In this document: positions 14,200-27,239 of the stretch, piece after piece | How the letters are laid out: every line of letters starts with the position of its first letter | How positions within the stretch are numbered: the stretch's first letter is position 1 | Origin: Octopus vulgaris | Taxonomy: Eukaryota | Direction of reading: 5' to 3' | DNA: 64,000 nucleotides | Assembly: GCA_951406725.2 (NCBI GenBank) | Contig: OX597832.1 | Location: forward strand, 35,774,001-35,838,000 | The notes under the pieces: generated by a model | What the model was told of the DNA's origin: nothing | The model's input: the letters and a program-made list of their open reading frames with translations, nothing else | Database searches by the model: none | Translations under genes and position numbers: made by a program

Positions 14200-15600
14200 T
14201 CATTTGAATATCTATTGAGAAGAATGTATAAATGATTGGTAGGTACCAGACATCTATGGAACGTTTGATAGATCATCACTGCCGATGCTTATCCCCCCCC
14301 CCATAACACTTGCACTAGTATTTGGAGTTGAGTGTGAAATATTATTATTTGCTTTAAATTTCAGTTGGTTCCGTGTAGAACAAACTGATTATGGCATCAG
14401 AGAAATGCCTGGAAACCATGGTAAACATTATTCATGTAGGATCTGCCACAGGAAAAGTGTAAATAGTAGCAGTTAGCTGAGATGATGGAAGATCACATAC
14501 TACATCACCAGTGCTAGAATGTGAGCTTAGCAAAGACTCCAGACTTTCCAGCATCTTGTTCCTACAGATGTAAATAGGTTTCCACGAAGAAGTACAGTTC
14601 ATCATGGAAAGCAACAAGAAATAGTTTAATTATTTCATTAGCTTGTTGCTCTAAGCTAAAATCTGCCAAAGGACCAGGAGGAAGCAACAGGATAGCTATT
14701 ACAATTAAAAGATGAAGTCTTTAGCATTCAATACTTAGAGGGATGAGGAAGAGAAAGGTGTTTAAGGAGTTGTAAATTCTAAGAAGATGAAGAAGAATTA
14801 TTTCTAGCTATATCTAGGACTACATTACACAATGTGTGATTCATTTTTTAAGGTAACTGGGTATAATGTAATTTGGTGGCCATTTCTTGTATGAAGAGCA
14901 TCATCTCCACTGAGCTCCCAATCTGACTCACTCAAAGAATATGCTGCTCAATTGTTGCTGTTGATAAAAGTCAATGTTAGAGAGTATGGATACAAACACA
15001 ATCTTTTGGAATAAAAGGTGGCATCTGGACAGCATCAATGGATTAAGATAGAAATCAATAAAGTTTTGCTTCAAAGAGTGACAATACATGTGTTAGTAGA
15101 CAATGGTTAATGTTTGCATCAAGTCTACTCGTATGGCCATAAAAACAGGGGGAGAATTATCCAGGGAATTGTTTTTCGAGTTTTCTTTTAAACAACATTT
15201 ACAACATCCAGTAAATATCAGATGAAATAAATTCTTACAACCAACACAATGGATACCTTCACACCTAATAGCAATATCTTTTTAGGAAATCTTCATATTA
15301 CAATTCATCAGAAATGACAAAAAAAAACTTAGCTTAACCATACTCTCTTCTCTCAAGTTGATGGCATCTTCAATAGAAATCTCTTCCTATTTCCATTCCT
15401 TTTCATCCTTACCTATTATGTTTCCTAACATTGGAAAGTCTACAGTATTAACTGGATGTCTTCAACAAAATGTCACAGCATTTAGTTCTCATCTTTCACA
15501 TGTCAATGAAACTTTACAGTCTCATCATATAAGTTGGCAGGATTTTTGATAAAGTGAATAGATTTTGGAATAGTAAACATTTCTTATCAGAGTTGTTGCT
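14200..15600 (+). mobile_element. highly decayed CR1/Jockey-like LINE
   Basis: IVAVDKSQC*RVW near 14950-14990 resembles the reverse transcriptase (RT) motif VALDISKAFDRVW; the rest is poorly readable and the boundaries are approximate. Confidence 0.3.
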
Positions 15601-16416
15601 AGAAAGGAGCAATTCACCCTCAATCCTGTAAACTCTATTTTATGAAAATATCTAAAATCACTGACGAGAAGAATGGAAAACTAAAAGACATTTCTATGAA
15701 ATAAATAAAGCTACTAAAAACAAAACAAAAGACATTGAATAAAATATAATTTATTTGGTATTGATGGAGAGTAAATGACCGAACATGTAATTCATTGATT
15801 TTTGTATGAGTCAATAAGCTATTGAATTAAACATTAAGACCATTTAAAGTAAATGGTTGGACAATCATCTGATTGATCTAGAATTATGTGATTGATCAGG
15901 TAGAATATTACTGACGGTAGCATGTTGGTTTTTATTTTATCTACAAGTAAAGACTGTAATATTTAGTCATTAGTATCATTAATATACTGGGTGAATCAAC
16001 TGACGGTACGTTTCCCCGCATAGAATAAAAGCCTTATCATCACCAGTGCAGTCATTAGATATTTAGTTGAGATGTTGTTGCCAATGTTAAAGATAAAATT
16101 TCAGTTCTAAATATCAATGACTTTCAGAAAAAATAAAGTTCATAAAGAAGTTCTCTAAACACAACTCTCACAAACTCTGGGTAATCTACAATAATGTAAC
16201 TGTATTAATTAATGTCACTACTTAACGAATGTTAACTGCCCATATATGAAGTGAACCAAGGACAGCATGACTATATTCTATACACTAGCATCTGTGTCAC
16301 AGTAGTGAAGTGGTAGAGGATTCAATGTGAGACAGATCTTTGTTATGATAACAGTATGCTAACAATCGTAGGACCCTGTAATACTGAACCTAGAAATGTA
16401 AACACAGTTGGATATA

Positions 16417-16777
16417 CAGGGGATGGACAAAATAATGGAAACACCTAGCATCATAGCATCATAAATTTGAAGGATCTATAAAACTAGCAAAAGCTTGTTT
16501 ATTTTTATATTTTCTGATTTATTATTTGTGTTGCTTAATAAGTTTTGCTAAAACTGCTATTTCTTTTCAGATATCATTAGAAAAAGGTAATTAAAATTCA
16601 TTAAAACGACAGATCTATTGGACTTTCAAAGAGGTCAAATTGTTGGTGTTCGTATGGCAGGTGTTAGCGTAATGAAAACAGCCAAAATGTTTGGTGTATC
16701 GAGAAGTACTGTCTTGAAAGTAATGACAGCCTTTGAGAAAAATTTTAAAGTGTTTCCATTATTTTGACCAACCCCTG
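16417..16777 (+). mobile_element. Tc1-like internally deleted element
   Basis: TA TSDs; TIRs CAGGGGATGGACAAAATAATGGAAACAC / GTGTTTCCATTATTTTGACCAACCCCTG; N-terminal helix-turn-helix TDLLDFQRGQIVGVRMAG...MFGVSRSTV. Confidence 0.9.
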
Positions 16778-17191
16778 TATGATGTACATTTTACATATAA
16801 GGTCCACTGCATGTCACCATAAAAATATTCATTCTACTCCAGTAAATAGTTATAGAAATAACGGAAGACTAGGTACATTTTTATAATATTATTTAATGCC
16901 ATTATAACCAGCAATTTGTATTTTTCAAGTCATTGGAAAACACAAATTAAATGGCAGTCAGGCATTTTATCTGAATTAAAAACTCACACAATAACAGAAA
17001 GCTAAATTTCAAATGAATCTATTTTTTTTCATGCTCTTTTTATTTGTTTCAGTCATTTGACTGTGGCCATGCTGGATCATTGCCTTTAGTTGAACAAATT
17101 GACCCCAGAACTCATTTTTTTGTAAGCCTGACAATAAAGAACATGTCTGAAACAACAGTAGTGAACCTCAACCCATCTGTGTTATTGCTTT

Positions 17192-17290
<99 letters not shown>

Positions 17291-17469
17291 AAAGTCTTTG
17301 TTAAAATTACTCAAAACAGTTTTTAAGTATAAAAGGTATTTTATTAAAAAGTTATTTTTTAAAAAAAGTTATAGAATTTTTTAACAGAATGTTACCAACT
17401 TTTTGGAAAGAAGATTTCTTCTAGTATGTTTGAGCACGATAGATTAATTTTTTCAAACACATGATATAT

Positions 17470-17628
17470 ATGGAGTGGTTGGCATTAGGAAGGGCAGCCA
17501 GCTGTAGAAACTTTGCCAGATCAGATTGGAGCCTGGTGCAGCCTTCTGGCTTGCCAGCCCTCAGTCAAACCATCCAACCCATGCCAGCATGGAAAGTGGA
17601 CGTTAAATGATGACGATGATGATGATGA
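17470..17628 (+). mobile_element. SINE/LINE-tail family E ending in (ATG)n
   Basis: CCAACCCATGCCAGCATGGAAAGTGGACGTTAAATGATGACGATG; copies at 27.1, 28.8, 36.5, 50.3 and 57.2 kb. Confidence 0.75.
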
Positions 17629-17639
17629 TATATATATTT

Positions 17640-17835
17640 TGGTCTCAATTTTTGCACAAGGCCAGTAAGTTTGGGGTAGGAGGATAAGTAAATTAGATCA
17701 ACCCCAGTAGAGCTCAACTGGCATTTATTTGATCAAACTCTAAAGGACCTTGCTGGAATTTGAACTCAGAATGTAAAAATAGATCAAGTGCTGCTAAGCA
17801 TTTTGCCCAGTATGCTAATGATTTTATTAGATCAC
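17640..17835 (-). mobile_element. SINE family C, diverged
   Basis: Reverse complement of the 41218-41420 element (TTCTGAGTTCAAATTCC...TACTGGGGT). Confidence 0.65.
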
Positions 17836-17854
17836 CTTACACATGCACACACAT

Positions 17855-17894
<40 letters not shown>

Positions 17895-17896
17895 TG

Positions 17897-18547
17897 TAAT
17901 ATTAGCACCAAGCAGAGTTTAGGTTAGTTAAAATATGTTTGTGACATATTTCAAGTGTTAATAGACAAATTCACTGCAGTTAGTGTGGAGGAAATAGTCT
18001 TTTATGGTAAAAGGTGTAAAAACACCATATCAGTCCAGTGTCGTCGTCTATCAGGATTTCCAAACATTGTCTTAGTTGTGTGAGAATCCTGATAGACGGC
18101 GACACTGGACAGATATGGTGCTTTTACACCTTTTACCATAAAAGACTATTTCCTCCACACTAACTGCAGTGAATTTGTCTTTTAACACTTGAAATATGTC
18201 ACAAACATATCTTAACTAACCTAAACTCTGCTTGGTGCTAATATTAGGATAAATTCCAGGACCTGGCAGTCTACTGGTACAAATCAGTCAATGTTGTTGA
18301 CTGTATTTTAGTTAAAGATATAGCTTCAATAAGGTCTGTCCAAAGTTGCCTCCCTTAGGTATTTCCCATTGATAACAGCTTAGGAGCTAGAAACATTGAT
18401 GTCCTGATAGATGGCGACATTGGACAGATATGGGGATTTTACACCTTCTTACCATAAGAGAAAATTTTCTCCATGGTAACTGCAGTGAATTTGCCTTTTA
18501 GCAGTTGAAATATATCACAGACATATGTTAACTAACCTAAACTTTGC
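17897..18547. mobile_element. fold-back plus tandem element carrying an HHR-like motif (Penelope LTR or retrozyme-like)
   Basis: Inverted arms of about 162 bp (17897-18058 / 18085-18246); direct repeat of period 315 (TCCTGATAGA at 18087 and 18402); flanked by (CA)n and (TG)n. Confidence 0.75.
18365..18399 (+). ncRNA. hammerhead-like motif, U3-A8 core variant, stem I imperfect
   Basis: CCCA-TTGATAA-cAGCTtaggAGCTa-GAAA-ca-TT-ga. Confidence 0.45.
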
Positions 18548-19009
18548 ATGTATATGTGTGTGTGTGTGTGTATTATAAATGAAAAAATGCATTATCTTAT
18601 ATGTTTGTGCAACTCTATTCTTGCTCTCACTCTTTCTCCTTTTCCCTCTCTCTCTCACCCTCCTACTTCTATTTCTAGCCTTTTCCCTTTTTTCTCTCTC
18701 TTGCCCTCTCACTTGTATTTGTTGCCTTTCTCCTTTCTCCTTCCCCTATTTTCTCTCTCTCTCTCTCATCTTCTTTCTCCTCTACCCGCTGCTGACATGT
18801 GACATGTGGCCTGCTTTCCTTTCATTCTCTTCCTTTTTCACAACGGTTCCATAGCTGACTGGTTGTAGAATTTCTCTGCATTTTGCTATTAGCTGTTCTC
18901 TATATCCTTTAGGATTTCTCCTCAGTGTTACCCACCGTTCTTGTCCTTTTGGCCCTAAAGCTGTATTTTGCTAATTTCCTATTTATTTCATCTTAAATTA
19001 CATTTTTTA

Positions 19010-19490
19010 AAATTTTGTATGTCCACCCTATGTTGTTTTGTTTGCTTAAGGCCCCACACTCTCTGCAACTTTCACAGGCACTACGGGCATGGGAAGTTCT
19101 CAGTCTTGTCATTAACGGTGCAGAACTCCAATAGCCTAGTTCCCTCTTTGTTTTGGGAACTAATCCCATGGCCCCCGTGAACACCAGATTGCCATCCAAC
19201 ATGCCCATTAAAATCTCCAGTCGCAAAGATGAGGTCATTGCCACTCATTTTGAGGTAGCCTGTAGAAGGGTATCATAAACGTGGTCCTTCTGATCATTTG
19301 GTAGGCCTGCTTGTGGGGCGTAGGCAGAGATAATTGTCATTATACTATTCTGCAGGACTAGCCTGAGCTTAAGCACTCTATCACATACCCTGACTACCTT
19401 TATGACCTTATCCACCCGTTTCTCTTCAAGGAGTATGCCTACACCCCCTACTCCATCACTGTTACCTTCCCAGAAGATTTTATAGGCTTT
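19010..19490 (-). mobile_element. RTE-clade LINE, AP endonuclease fragment
   Basis: KIFWEGNSDGVGGVGILL...DRVLKLRL...IISAYAPQAG followed by GDFNGHVG. Confidence 0.85.
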
Positions 19491-20289
19491 AAAAATAAGT
19501 TGATTCATTCAATTAAAAAAATTTCTTTGGGGCAGTGCCCCAGCATGGCCACGGTCTAATGACTGTAACAGGATACAGGTTAAAAAATACTCTGCATTAG
19601 AAGTCCACAAAACTCACCATACCACAATATTTACTGATTCAAACCCAGTAACATAAAACATAAAATCTGAAGAACTTGAACTATTCTACAAGATGGGAAT
19701 TATCAACATTCTTGATTCGTGCTAAGGCTTCCAGTTGGATTTATCTCAGTGTAGCTGACATCAGCATCAAACGGTGCACTGAATAATTGCTGTTTATAAT
19801 CCAGTCTGAGTGTTTACAAAAAACACAACAGAATATACTGCAATAACCAGGTATTTCAAAATGCATTATTGGAGTTGCAGAAATTCTTGTGATTCTATTT
19901 TACACATGTTAATATAATGCAAATGTTCATTTATGCAATGTCTACTTATATTTCCCATAATACATCACGGATTATGGTGTATGTATTATGTACATTAAAA
20001 AAAGATATTTCCAGAGACATATAATTCATCTTCAGGAAACCAGTATAAACAGTGAGAGCTTTAAATTACAGATTCAAACAGTTGTTTTGGATTCTTTCAA
20101 CAATAAAGCAGAAACAAGAATTATGTGTGAAAACAACTATGAGCACACACAAGCATGCAATCACACACATATATGCAGATGAATGCATACACTCATGCAC
20201 ACACACACACACACAGAAACAGAGAGGGAGGGATGAGAGTTGACCTGAATATTTGAAAATGGATAGCAATATGTATATATATATATATA

Positions 20290-20479
20290 CCGGAGTAAAC
20301 ACATAAATGTGAAACAAGGTGGAAAAAAGAGTACTCAAATACCAGTGGTAGAGTAATATGCTTTATTTAAAGCAGCAGAAAATTCAACAAAACCTGTTAC
20401 TCTGAGTAACTGTCCGATGAACGGCAATGTGAAACTCAGGGTAACAGGTTTTGTTGAATTTTCTGCTGCTTTAAATAAA

Positions 20480-20480
<1 letters not shown>
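20290..20480. mobile_element. (TA)n-flanked fold-back element with HHR, same family as 41687-41930
   Basis: Near-identical start CCGGAGTAAACACATAAATGTG; inverted arms ending in AATAAAG; HHR motif at 20410-20447 CTGT-CCGATGA-ACGgcaaTGT-GAAA-CTCaGGG-TA-ACAG. Confidence 0.8.
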
Positions 20481-20522
<42 letters not shown>

Positions 20523-21552
20523 ATAAATATATTTAATAGACATTTGATTGCAATAGAAAGTAGACACACATGAAATATTTTTAATGAATTAACAGTTTCT
20601 TAGTTGGAAAAAAAAGCAAACTAAAAACCAAGCAATAGCTATTAATGAGTTTTAAAGAAAAGAGGAGAAAATTCCAACACATTTAAAGCCAAGTTTTAAA
20701 AAAATTGTATTTTGTTATTTTAGAGGAAAATGTGAACTTTGTTCGCCAGCAAGGTTACAGTTATGGACATGTTTTAATCTTATTAGCTCTTATGAGGGAA
20801 ATGATCTTTTCACACTGCTTTCATTGCTGGACACATTGAGTTTTACAAGTACAGTTGTAGAAATTGTATGAGTTTCAAAAACTTTTATCTGATAAAATTT
20901 GCATAATTACAAGAAAATGAACTTTGTGAAAAATCTCAAGTGGGTCAACGATGGTCAGAGTTTTCAAAGTTGTTGGTCACATTTAATATTGTTAGTAGTG
21001 CTGTGAATATATTTTCCTTTTGACAAGTATTATCAGCCTGTAGTCATGTGATTTTGCTTTAGAGTTTATCATATGGTTGTTCATGTGGCTGGTGGCTACA
21101 TGAGTGGTCTTATAGCTGGCTATGATATCACTGATGTTTATCCTTTTTATCAGTTACTAGTTTGTAAATAAAAGACTCATATGGTGTTGTTTGTTTCAAG
21201 TTCCCCACATAAAACATGTCTGGGACATCATTGCCTACCTTGAAGCAAGTAGAGGTTAGTAACAAGAAAGCTCCCGTCTATTTTCGTCAGACCCACATAA
21301 GAATGGAAAAGTAGATGTTAAAGTGATGGTGATGGTAATGGGGTGATTTTTAATGCCGGGATCTTCTGGCTCCAAAATATTGAGACTTCTTTTAATGGTA
21401 TCAGAGTAAAGTTAACCAATGGATGCATAAGTTCCAACTATGATGCTACCCTACAATAAATAACCACATCATTGAAATTTCAAAGCTGCAAGGTAATGCA
21501 TGACTAGTTTTTATCAATGTGAATAAATAAGCATTACATTTGATAGAAGGTT

Positions 21553-21865
21553 TAGTGGTTTAGTGGTTCGGGTATTTGGCTCACGATTGTAAAGTCATGA
21601 GTTCCATGCCTGGCTGTGTCCTTAAGCAAGACACTTTTTTTCATGTTACTCCAGTCCACTCAGCTGATAAAAATGAGTTGTACTTGCAATTCAGAGGGCC
21701 AGCCTTGTTGCACTCTGTGTTCCATTGAATCTTTCTAAGAACCACATCAAGGGTACATGTGTCTGTGGAGTTCTCAGCCACTTGCACGTTAATTTCACAA
21801 GCAGGCTGTTCCACTGATTGGATCAACTGGTACCCTCGTTACCATAACCAATGGAGTGCCAGTTA
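21553..21865 (+). mobile_element. tRNA-derived SINE family B
   Basis: TAGTGGTTCGGG head, GAGTTCCATGCC, GTGTCCTTAAGCAAGACACTT; body matches 29610-29940 in reverse. Confidence 0.8.
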
Positions 21866-22334
21866 CATTTGATAGAGAAATTTGAATGCTAAGGGTTAAA
21901 CTATATATGTGTGTGCACACACATATTCATAAGACAAATATAGTGAGAGAATATAGTGTATGTATTAGAACGGATCAGACTACCACCAAAACCACCACCA
22001 GAGATGACCAGACACTAAAGAACAACAACCAATAAGGGAACCTCTATATGATCCCATGATCACTCAGTCTACGAGAAATAGCAATCAAATATCGTTGAAA
22101 TCACACACTATTGTCTAAATATGAAAATACATGCTGTGTAAGGTAGTCTTAGATATTCTCTATCTGATGAAAGACAATAAGGCCATGATTGAAATGCCTT
22201 TGATTATAGGCTAAAAGGGATCTTAACTGGTGTTTCAGCCATCCACAACTCACACACACATGCACAAAAGAATACGAATGCATGTGGTTCTGCTACAAAA
22301 TAAATGTTGGCATCAGAAACGATCTCTCTACATC

Positions 22335-22620
22335 TCAGCAGGAGTTATGTAGGATTTAATTATACCTAAACAGGAAGTACGTGGGACTTAATTGCATCTG
22401 TGCAGGAAGTGCATTCTTATTAATCATATGTAAACAGGAAGTATGCTACATTTATACAATTGGACCCAAACAGGAAGTGTGGGGGATTTAATTATACATA
22501 AACAGGAAGTGTGTAGTATTTAACGATACCTAAACAGGAAGTGTGTGGGATTTAATCATGCCAGTACAGGAAGTGCGTGGGAAGTAATTGTACTGGTACA
22601 GGAAGCAAGTGGGATATATT
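22335..22620. repeat. minisatellite of period 32 bp with conserved CAGGAAGT core
   Basis: Core at 22339 (degenerate), 22371, 22403, 22435, 22471, 22503, 22535, 22567 and 22599 (CAGGAAGC). Confidence 0.9.
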
Positions 22621-22996
22621 TATAGCTAAAAAGAGAGGATGTGGCAAAGTATTGGTCAAATGACAAGAAATGTTCACTAATTACAAGAGTCTGGATCTAT
22701 GTACCTTTATGTTTTTCTTGTTAGTCTCTTGAATCAGAGAAAGATGACTCAGCAATATTTTGCAGAAAGTTCAAATGTTTGTGCTGTTCATGAGCTTACT
22801 CACATGTGGAATCAGCCTTGCCTGTCCATGTGTATGGAGTGCTACATGTGATATGTTGAAGTCACTGGGGAATGAAGTGTTTTACTCCAGAATGCAATGC
22901 ACCACTTAGTCTGGGAATCAAAACCATATCTATACTGGTGGTCAATCTTTGGATTTAGTGAACACATTAACTTAGTTGAAGTATTAAAATGTAAGA

Positions 22997-23210
22997 AGGT
23001 GATGAGCTGACAGAACCATTAACACATCAAGCAAAATGCTTCATGACATTTTATATGTCTCTAGGTTCTGAGTTCAAATTCTGCCAAAGGTGAATTTTGC
23101 CTTTCATCCTTTCAGGGTCGATAAAACAAGTACCAGCTGAGTACTGGGGTCGATGTAATCAACTTACCCATTCCCCCAAAATTGCTGGCTTGGTGTGAAA
23201 ATTTGAAACT
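22997..23210 (+). mobile_element. SINE family C (Nin-domain-like)
   Basis: GCCTTTCATCCTTTCAGGGTCGATAAAACAAGTACCAG central domain; tRNA-like head. Confidence 0.8.
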
Positions 23211-24399
23211 AATATGTGTATAGCTACAATATATATTATAGACTGAGAATAAAGTATGTGCTTAATATATCGAATGGTGACAACCATTTGGGAGGTTTAT
23301 TTATATGTAAGCGTGCATATTGTGATGCTGTGTGAAAGATTTGAAACTGAGTTTTGGGATGAAATAATGCATAAAAAATGTAGAGATTAATGGAGACCTC
23401 TCAGCAGAAAATGATAGAATACAAACAAACTTCATCAGGTTTGTATAAAGGTTCAATTCAATATTAAATATAAAACTTGAGTGAAATCACTTTTTGTTTA
23501 AAACAAAAGTTCTTAAACTTGGTCTTTTTTGTCTTGTAAGAAGCTCTCCATCATCACTCTTTCATTATTTCATTTTTACCAAAATCCTCTTACTCGTGGA
23601 ATAGCTTGTGTAATCGGTCTTAGTTGCATTATTGCTCTTCTATGCACACAAACATACATATATACATTCGCATATGTGTATATCGGTTGTATAGTTGTTC
23701 TTATACACAAGCATACATGTAAGTTGTATAATTGCTCTTAAACAGGTATTCACACATATAATATAAGTGTTATTATACATGTCTATACACATATATACAT
23801 GCATACATACAGATTGTATAATTGCTACTGCATATGCATACACACCTATATACACAGACAAATGTATTATACATACACACACTTTTGTATATAAGAAATT
23901 TTGCAAAACTTCAAAACAAAGATTAAAGTATTGAATATGATATAATTACATTCAGATTGGTCCAACCCATAAAGAACTGGATCTGATGATGATTTATTGA
24001 AATGCAATTTGATTTTGACTAACAATTTCACACATGCGTGGACACGCATGTACGCACACACACACACACACACACATATACATACATATATAAAATCACA
24101 TATGCTACTTCACGTACAGGATAAATACACACATGTATACAGCAGCATACATGCATACAATCAAGTACGCATTTAGTTGCATACAACTCACACATGCAAT
24201 TGTTTACATTTGTAGAGTTGGACAGACACAGAGAAGCTGAACTGTGGATATTTTCAAATTGTAAGAGAGAATGAAGAAGAAACATCAAACTAGTGATGAA
24301 AGGTAATGGGATGAGAAGTGAAAAGAGATGAAAGAAAATAAGGGTTGGGATGAGAATGGATGTGAGGGAGAGGGGGAGGGGGCTGATGCAATTAGAGAT

Positions 24400-24650
24400 G
24401 ATGTTATGCACTGAGAGGTGATGTGAAATGATGTGAGATGAAACAACGGAAGTCATGAGATGAGATGTAAGGTGATGCAACGAGATGTGAGATGATGTGA
24501 GAAGAGATGGTGTGATGTAATGTGATATGGTGCTATGAAATTTGATGCGAAGTGATGTTGTGCGAGGTCATGTGGTGCATTGTGGTGAGATGTGATATAA
24601 TGAAAGGTGATGCAATGAAATGTGACATGCGGAGATGTGATATGATGTCA
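24400..24650. repeat. degenerate (GATGT)n pentamer repeat
   Basis: Direct reading (GATGTGATGTGAGATGA...). Confidence 0.7.
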
Positions 24651-24896
24651 GGTAAATCATATAAAAACAATTTGCATATATAACATACTTTGGACAGAAT
24701 TTTATTTATTATATTCTGGTCCATTAACAGTATTTTCTTTCAGTGCCATATTTTACTACAATGGAGGCAGAGACACTGCAAGCACGCGTGCGTGTGTGTG
24801 TGCATACATGTAGTGATGTAAATGCAATGAACATTAAAAGGGACAACAAAAGAAAGTAGTAAACATAAGGAGGGTGTGTGTGTGTGTGTTAGTGTG

Positions 24897-24964
<68 letters not shown>

Positions 24965-25099
24965 GTTTGACAGTGTGGAAGTGTAGTGGCATTCCTCAGT
25001 GGGGATACAGGGTGTTGGTTCCTGTATATGTGTAGTTATTAGGTGGGGAAGAGAAAGCCTGTATGTAAGGAGTGTGTGCAAAGTGTAAGGGAATAAAAG

Positions 25100-26050
25100 G
25101 AGTGATGAAGTTCATAGTATGGCAAGAGAAAAGGATTTTAAACTAAAATTTAAAAGTGAAACAAAAATTCTGTGAAGAGAAGGAATGTCAATAGAATGGT
25201 CAAAGTTGCAGAGTGTTTGATAGATTGCCCAGAGGATGCTAAGGAATATCCTTGGAAGAGAAAAATAAGGGAGGAGGTGAAAAGTCAGATGTAAAGCAAA
25301 ATGGTGGAGGGAAGAAAATTAGTCTTTTTTTGTAGTTTTTGAGAGGAAATTGGATTGTGAGAGAAAGAATCAGCAAGAGAAGTGGTGTGTGAATGAAGAG
25401 GGAGGTAAGAAGTAGTGAAAGGCAGTCAATCAGAGATGATTGGTGGAAGGTGAGGAAGACAGGTGTGATTGAAAGATGTCATCTGGAAGAGGAGTGCTGA
25501 AATGTTGAAGAATGAGTGAACAGGCAGAGAGTGGGGGGGGGAGTGAGGGTAAAGAATTGGTGTGTGTGTGTGTGCATCCATGCCCCAGTATGTGTGGATA
25601 AGTGAAGAGATTGTCAGGGGCGGGGGGGGGGGGGCAGATTGAGCAAGCTCCCTAATGTGAAAGGTGTGTTAGTTGGATTCAATGAAGATGATTGTGGTGG
25701 AAATGAAAGGGCGGGTATAGTAGTGGGGGCAGAAACAAGGAAAGGATCCAGAAGGGAGATGGGATAAGAGAAGGGCCGTGAATGAGAAGGGAAGGCCGTT
25801 TAGGTTGTGGGTAAGCTTAAAGGAAAGAATGGGTGGGATAAAGAGGAAATAAGTGGTGGCAGGGTCAAGTAGGGAGCAGCAGAAGAGATGAAGAATGGTG
25901 CAGGGGAAGGATGATGTGTGGCAGGTAAGGGGAAAGAGTATGTAGTAGATTGGGTTCCAGATATGAGGTGTTAGGGCTGCAGGGCAATCAATGGCATTGG
26001 AAAGGCAACTTGGATAAGGGTGGGTGAGTAATTGTCAAGGGGCCATGTGT
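25100..26050 (-). mobile_element. very decayed Penelope-like (GIY-YIG) element, tentative
   Basis: Purine-rich plus strand; minus-strand fragments such as TPV..HL..NHL resemble the PV..HF...H segment after GIY-YIG; no clean ORF. Confidence 0.25.
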
Positions 26051-26216
26051 GGGACCTGGGCATGAAGTCATGATCGTTGTTGTTCCCTCTTTCCCATACA
26101 TTCTCTGTATTTAGCAGCCTCTCATAGTAGCACTTACATGCCACTTTCTAAAGAATGTCAGTGTTCTGTTATAATTCCATAAACACTTTTCTTCAACAAC
26201 ATTTTGATTTTTGTTG

Positions 26217-26345
26217 TGTCTGGGGAGAGTCATTTTCTTTTTGTGCCTTATAATGTAACACACTCACAGGTAAAATTTCCACATTTTTCTTATTTTTATT
26301 TCCTAAAATTTTCGTTGCGTCTTGCAACCTTTTCTATAGTTGGTG
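26217..26345 (-). mobile_element. single arm of the 32.0-32.3 kb fold-back family, with HHR-like motif
   Basis: GGAGAGTCATTTTCTTTTTGTGCCTTATAA... matches 32044 onward; minus 26303-26339 reads CTA-TAGAAAA-g-GTTGCaagacGCAAC-GAAA-at-TT-TAG. Confidence 0.75.
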
Positions 26346-27239
26346 ACTCTCCATTATTTACACTGTGTTCCCTTTTGTTTGTTTACAAAAAAACACCAAC
26401 TCAAATAGTTTGCTTGACACCATGGAATGTCTGCTGGGAAACAGAGTAAAGAATTCACTGTCTCCCTATTGGCAAGGCATCAGGATTAGATGGCATCCCA
26501 CCAAGGGCCATCAAGTGCGCAAAGGAATAAGAATAGTAAATAGTGAATACTTTTTTCACAGCACTCTGTAGTAATAGCATTTGGTTACGAGATCAATGAG
26601 TGATAACCATTGTGAACTTTATAAACCAGTGATTACTATTGTACTCCATTTTGATTAATAAATCCAAAGTTTGCTTTTGAAGATTTCAGAGTATAGAATA
26701 AAATACAAAGAAGAATGGTGAATTTTATTTTTATTCGATAATTTGTAATCCATAATTTACTTATATGCATTTCAGATGAGTTAGCATTACAAAAAGCACT
26801 GATGTGTAAATTCTGCACTTAAATTGATCCATAATTACTTAACTACATTCTTTGTAGTATAGACACTGTGAGAAGGATGAGCTACAGTTGATTTTTCAGG
26901 TCAGTGTAATACTGTAGTCAATGAATAATGGATCAATTAAAGTGCTGAATTAACACATCACTGTATTATGTAACACTAATTCATCAGAACATGCGTAAGC
27001 AAATTGTAGACTACAAATTATAAAATAAATATATTATTTGCTATTCTTCTTTGTGCTATATATATATATATATATATATCATCATCATCATCATTTAACA
27101 TCTGTTGACCAGGGTTGGTAAGCTGAGGGGTTGCACCAGACTCTGGTCTGATTTGGTATGGTTTCTATAGCTGGATGCCCTTCCTAATGCCATCTACTTC
27201 AAGAGTATAATGGGTGCTCTTATGTTCCACCGGTATGGG

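Noticed and set aside
22335-22620. CRISPR-like look of a regularly spaced repeat
   Set aside because: The conserved core is only 8 bp, the spacers resemble one another, the context is eukaryotic and there are no cas genes
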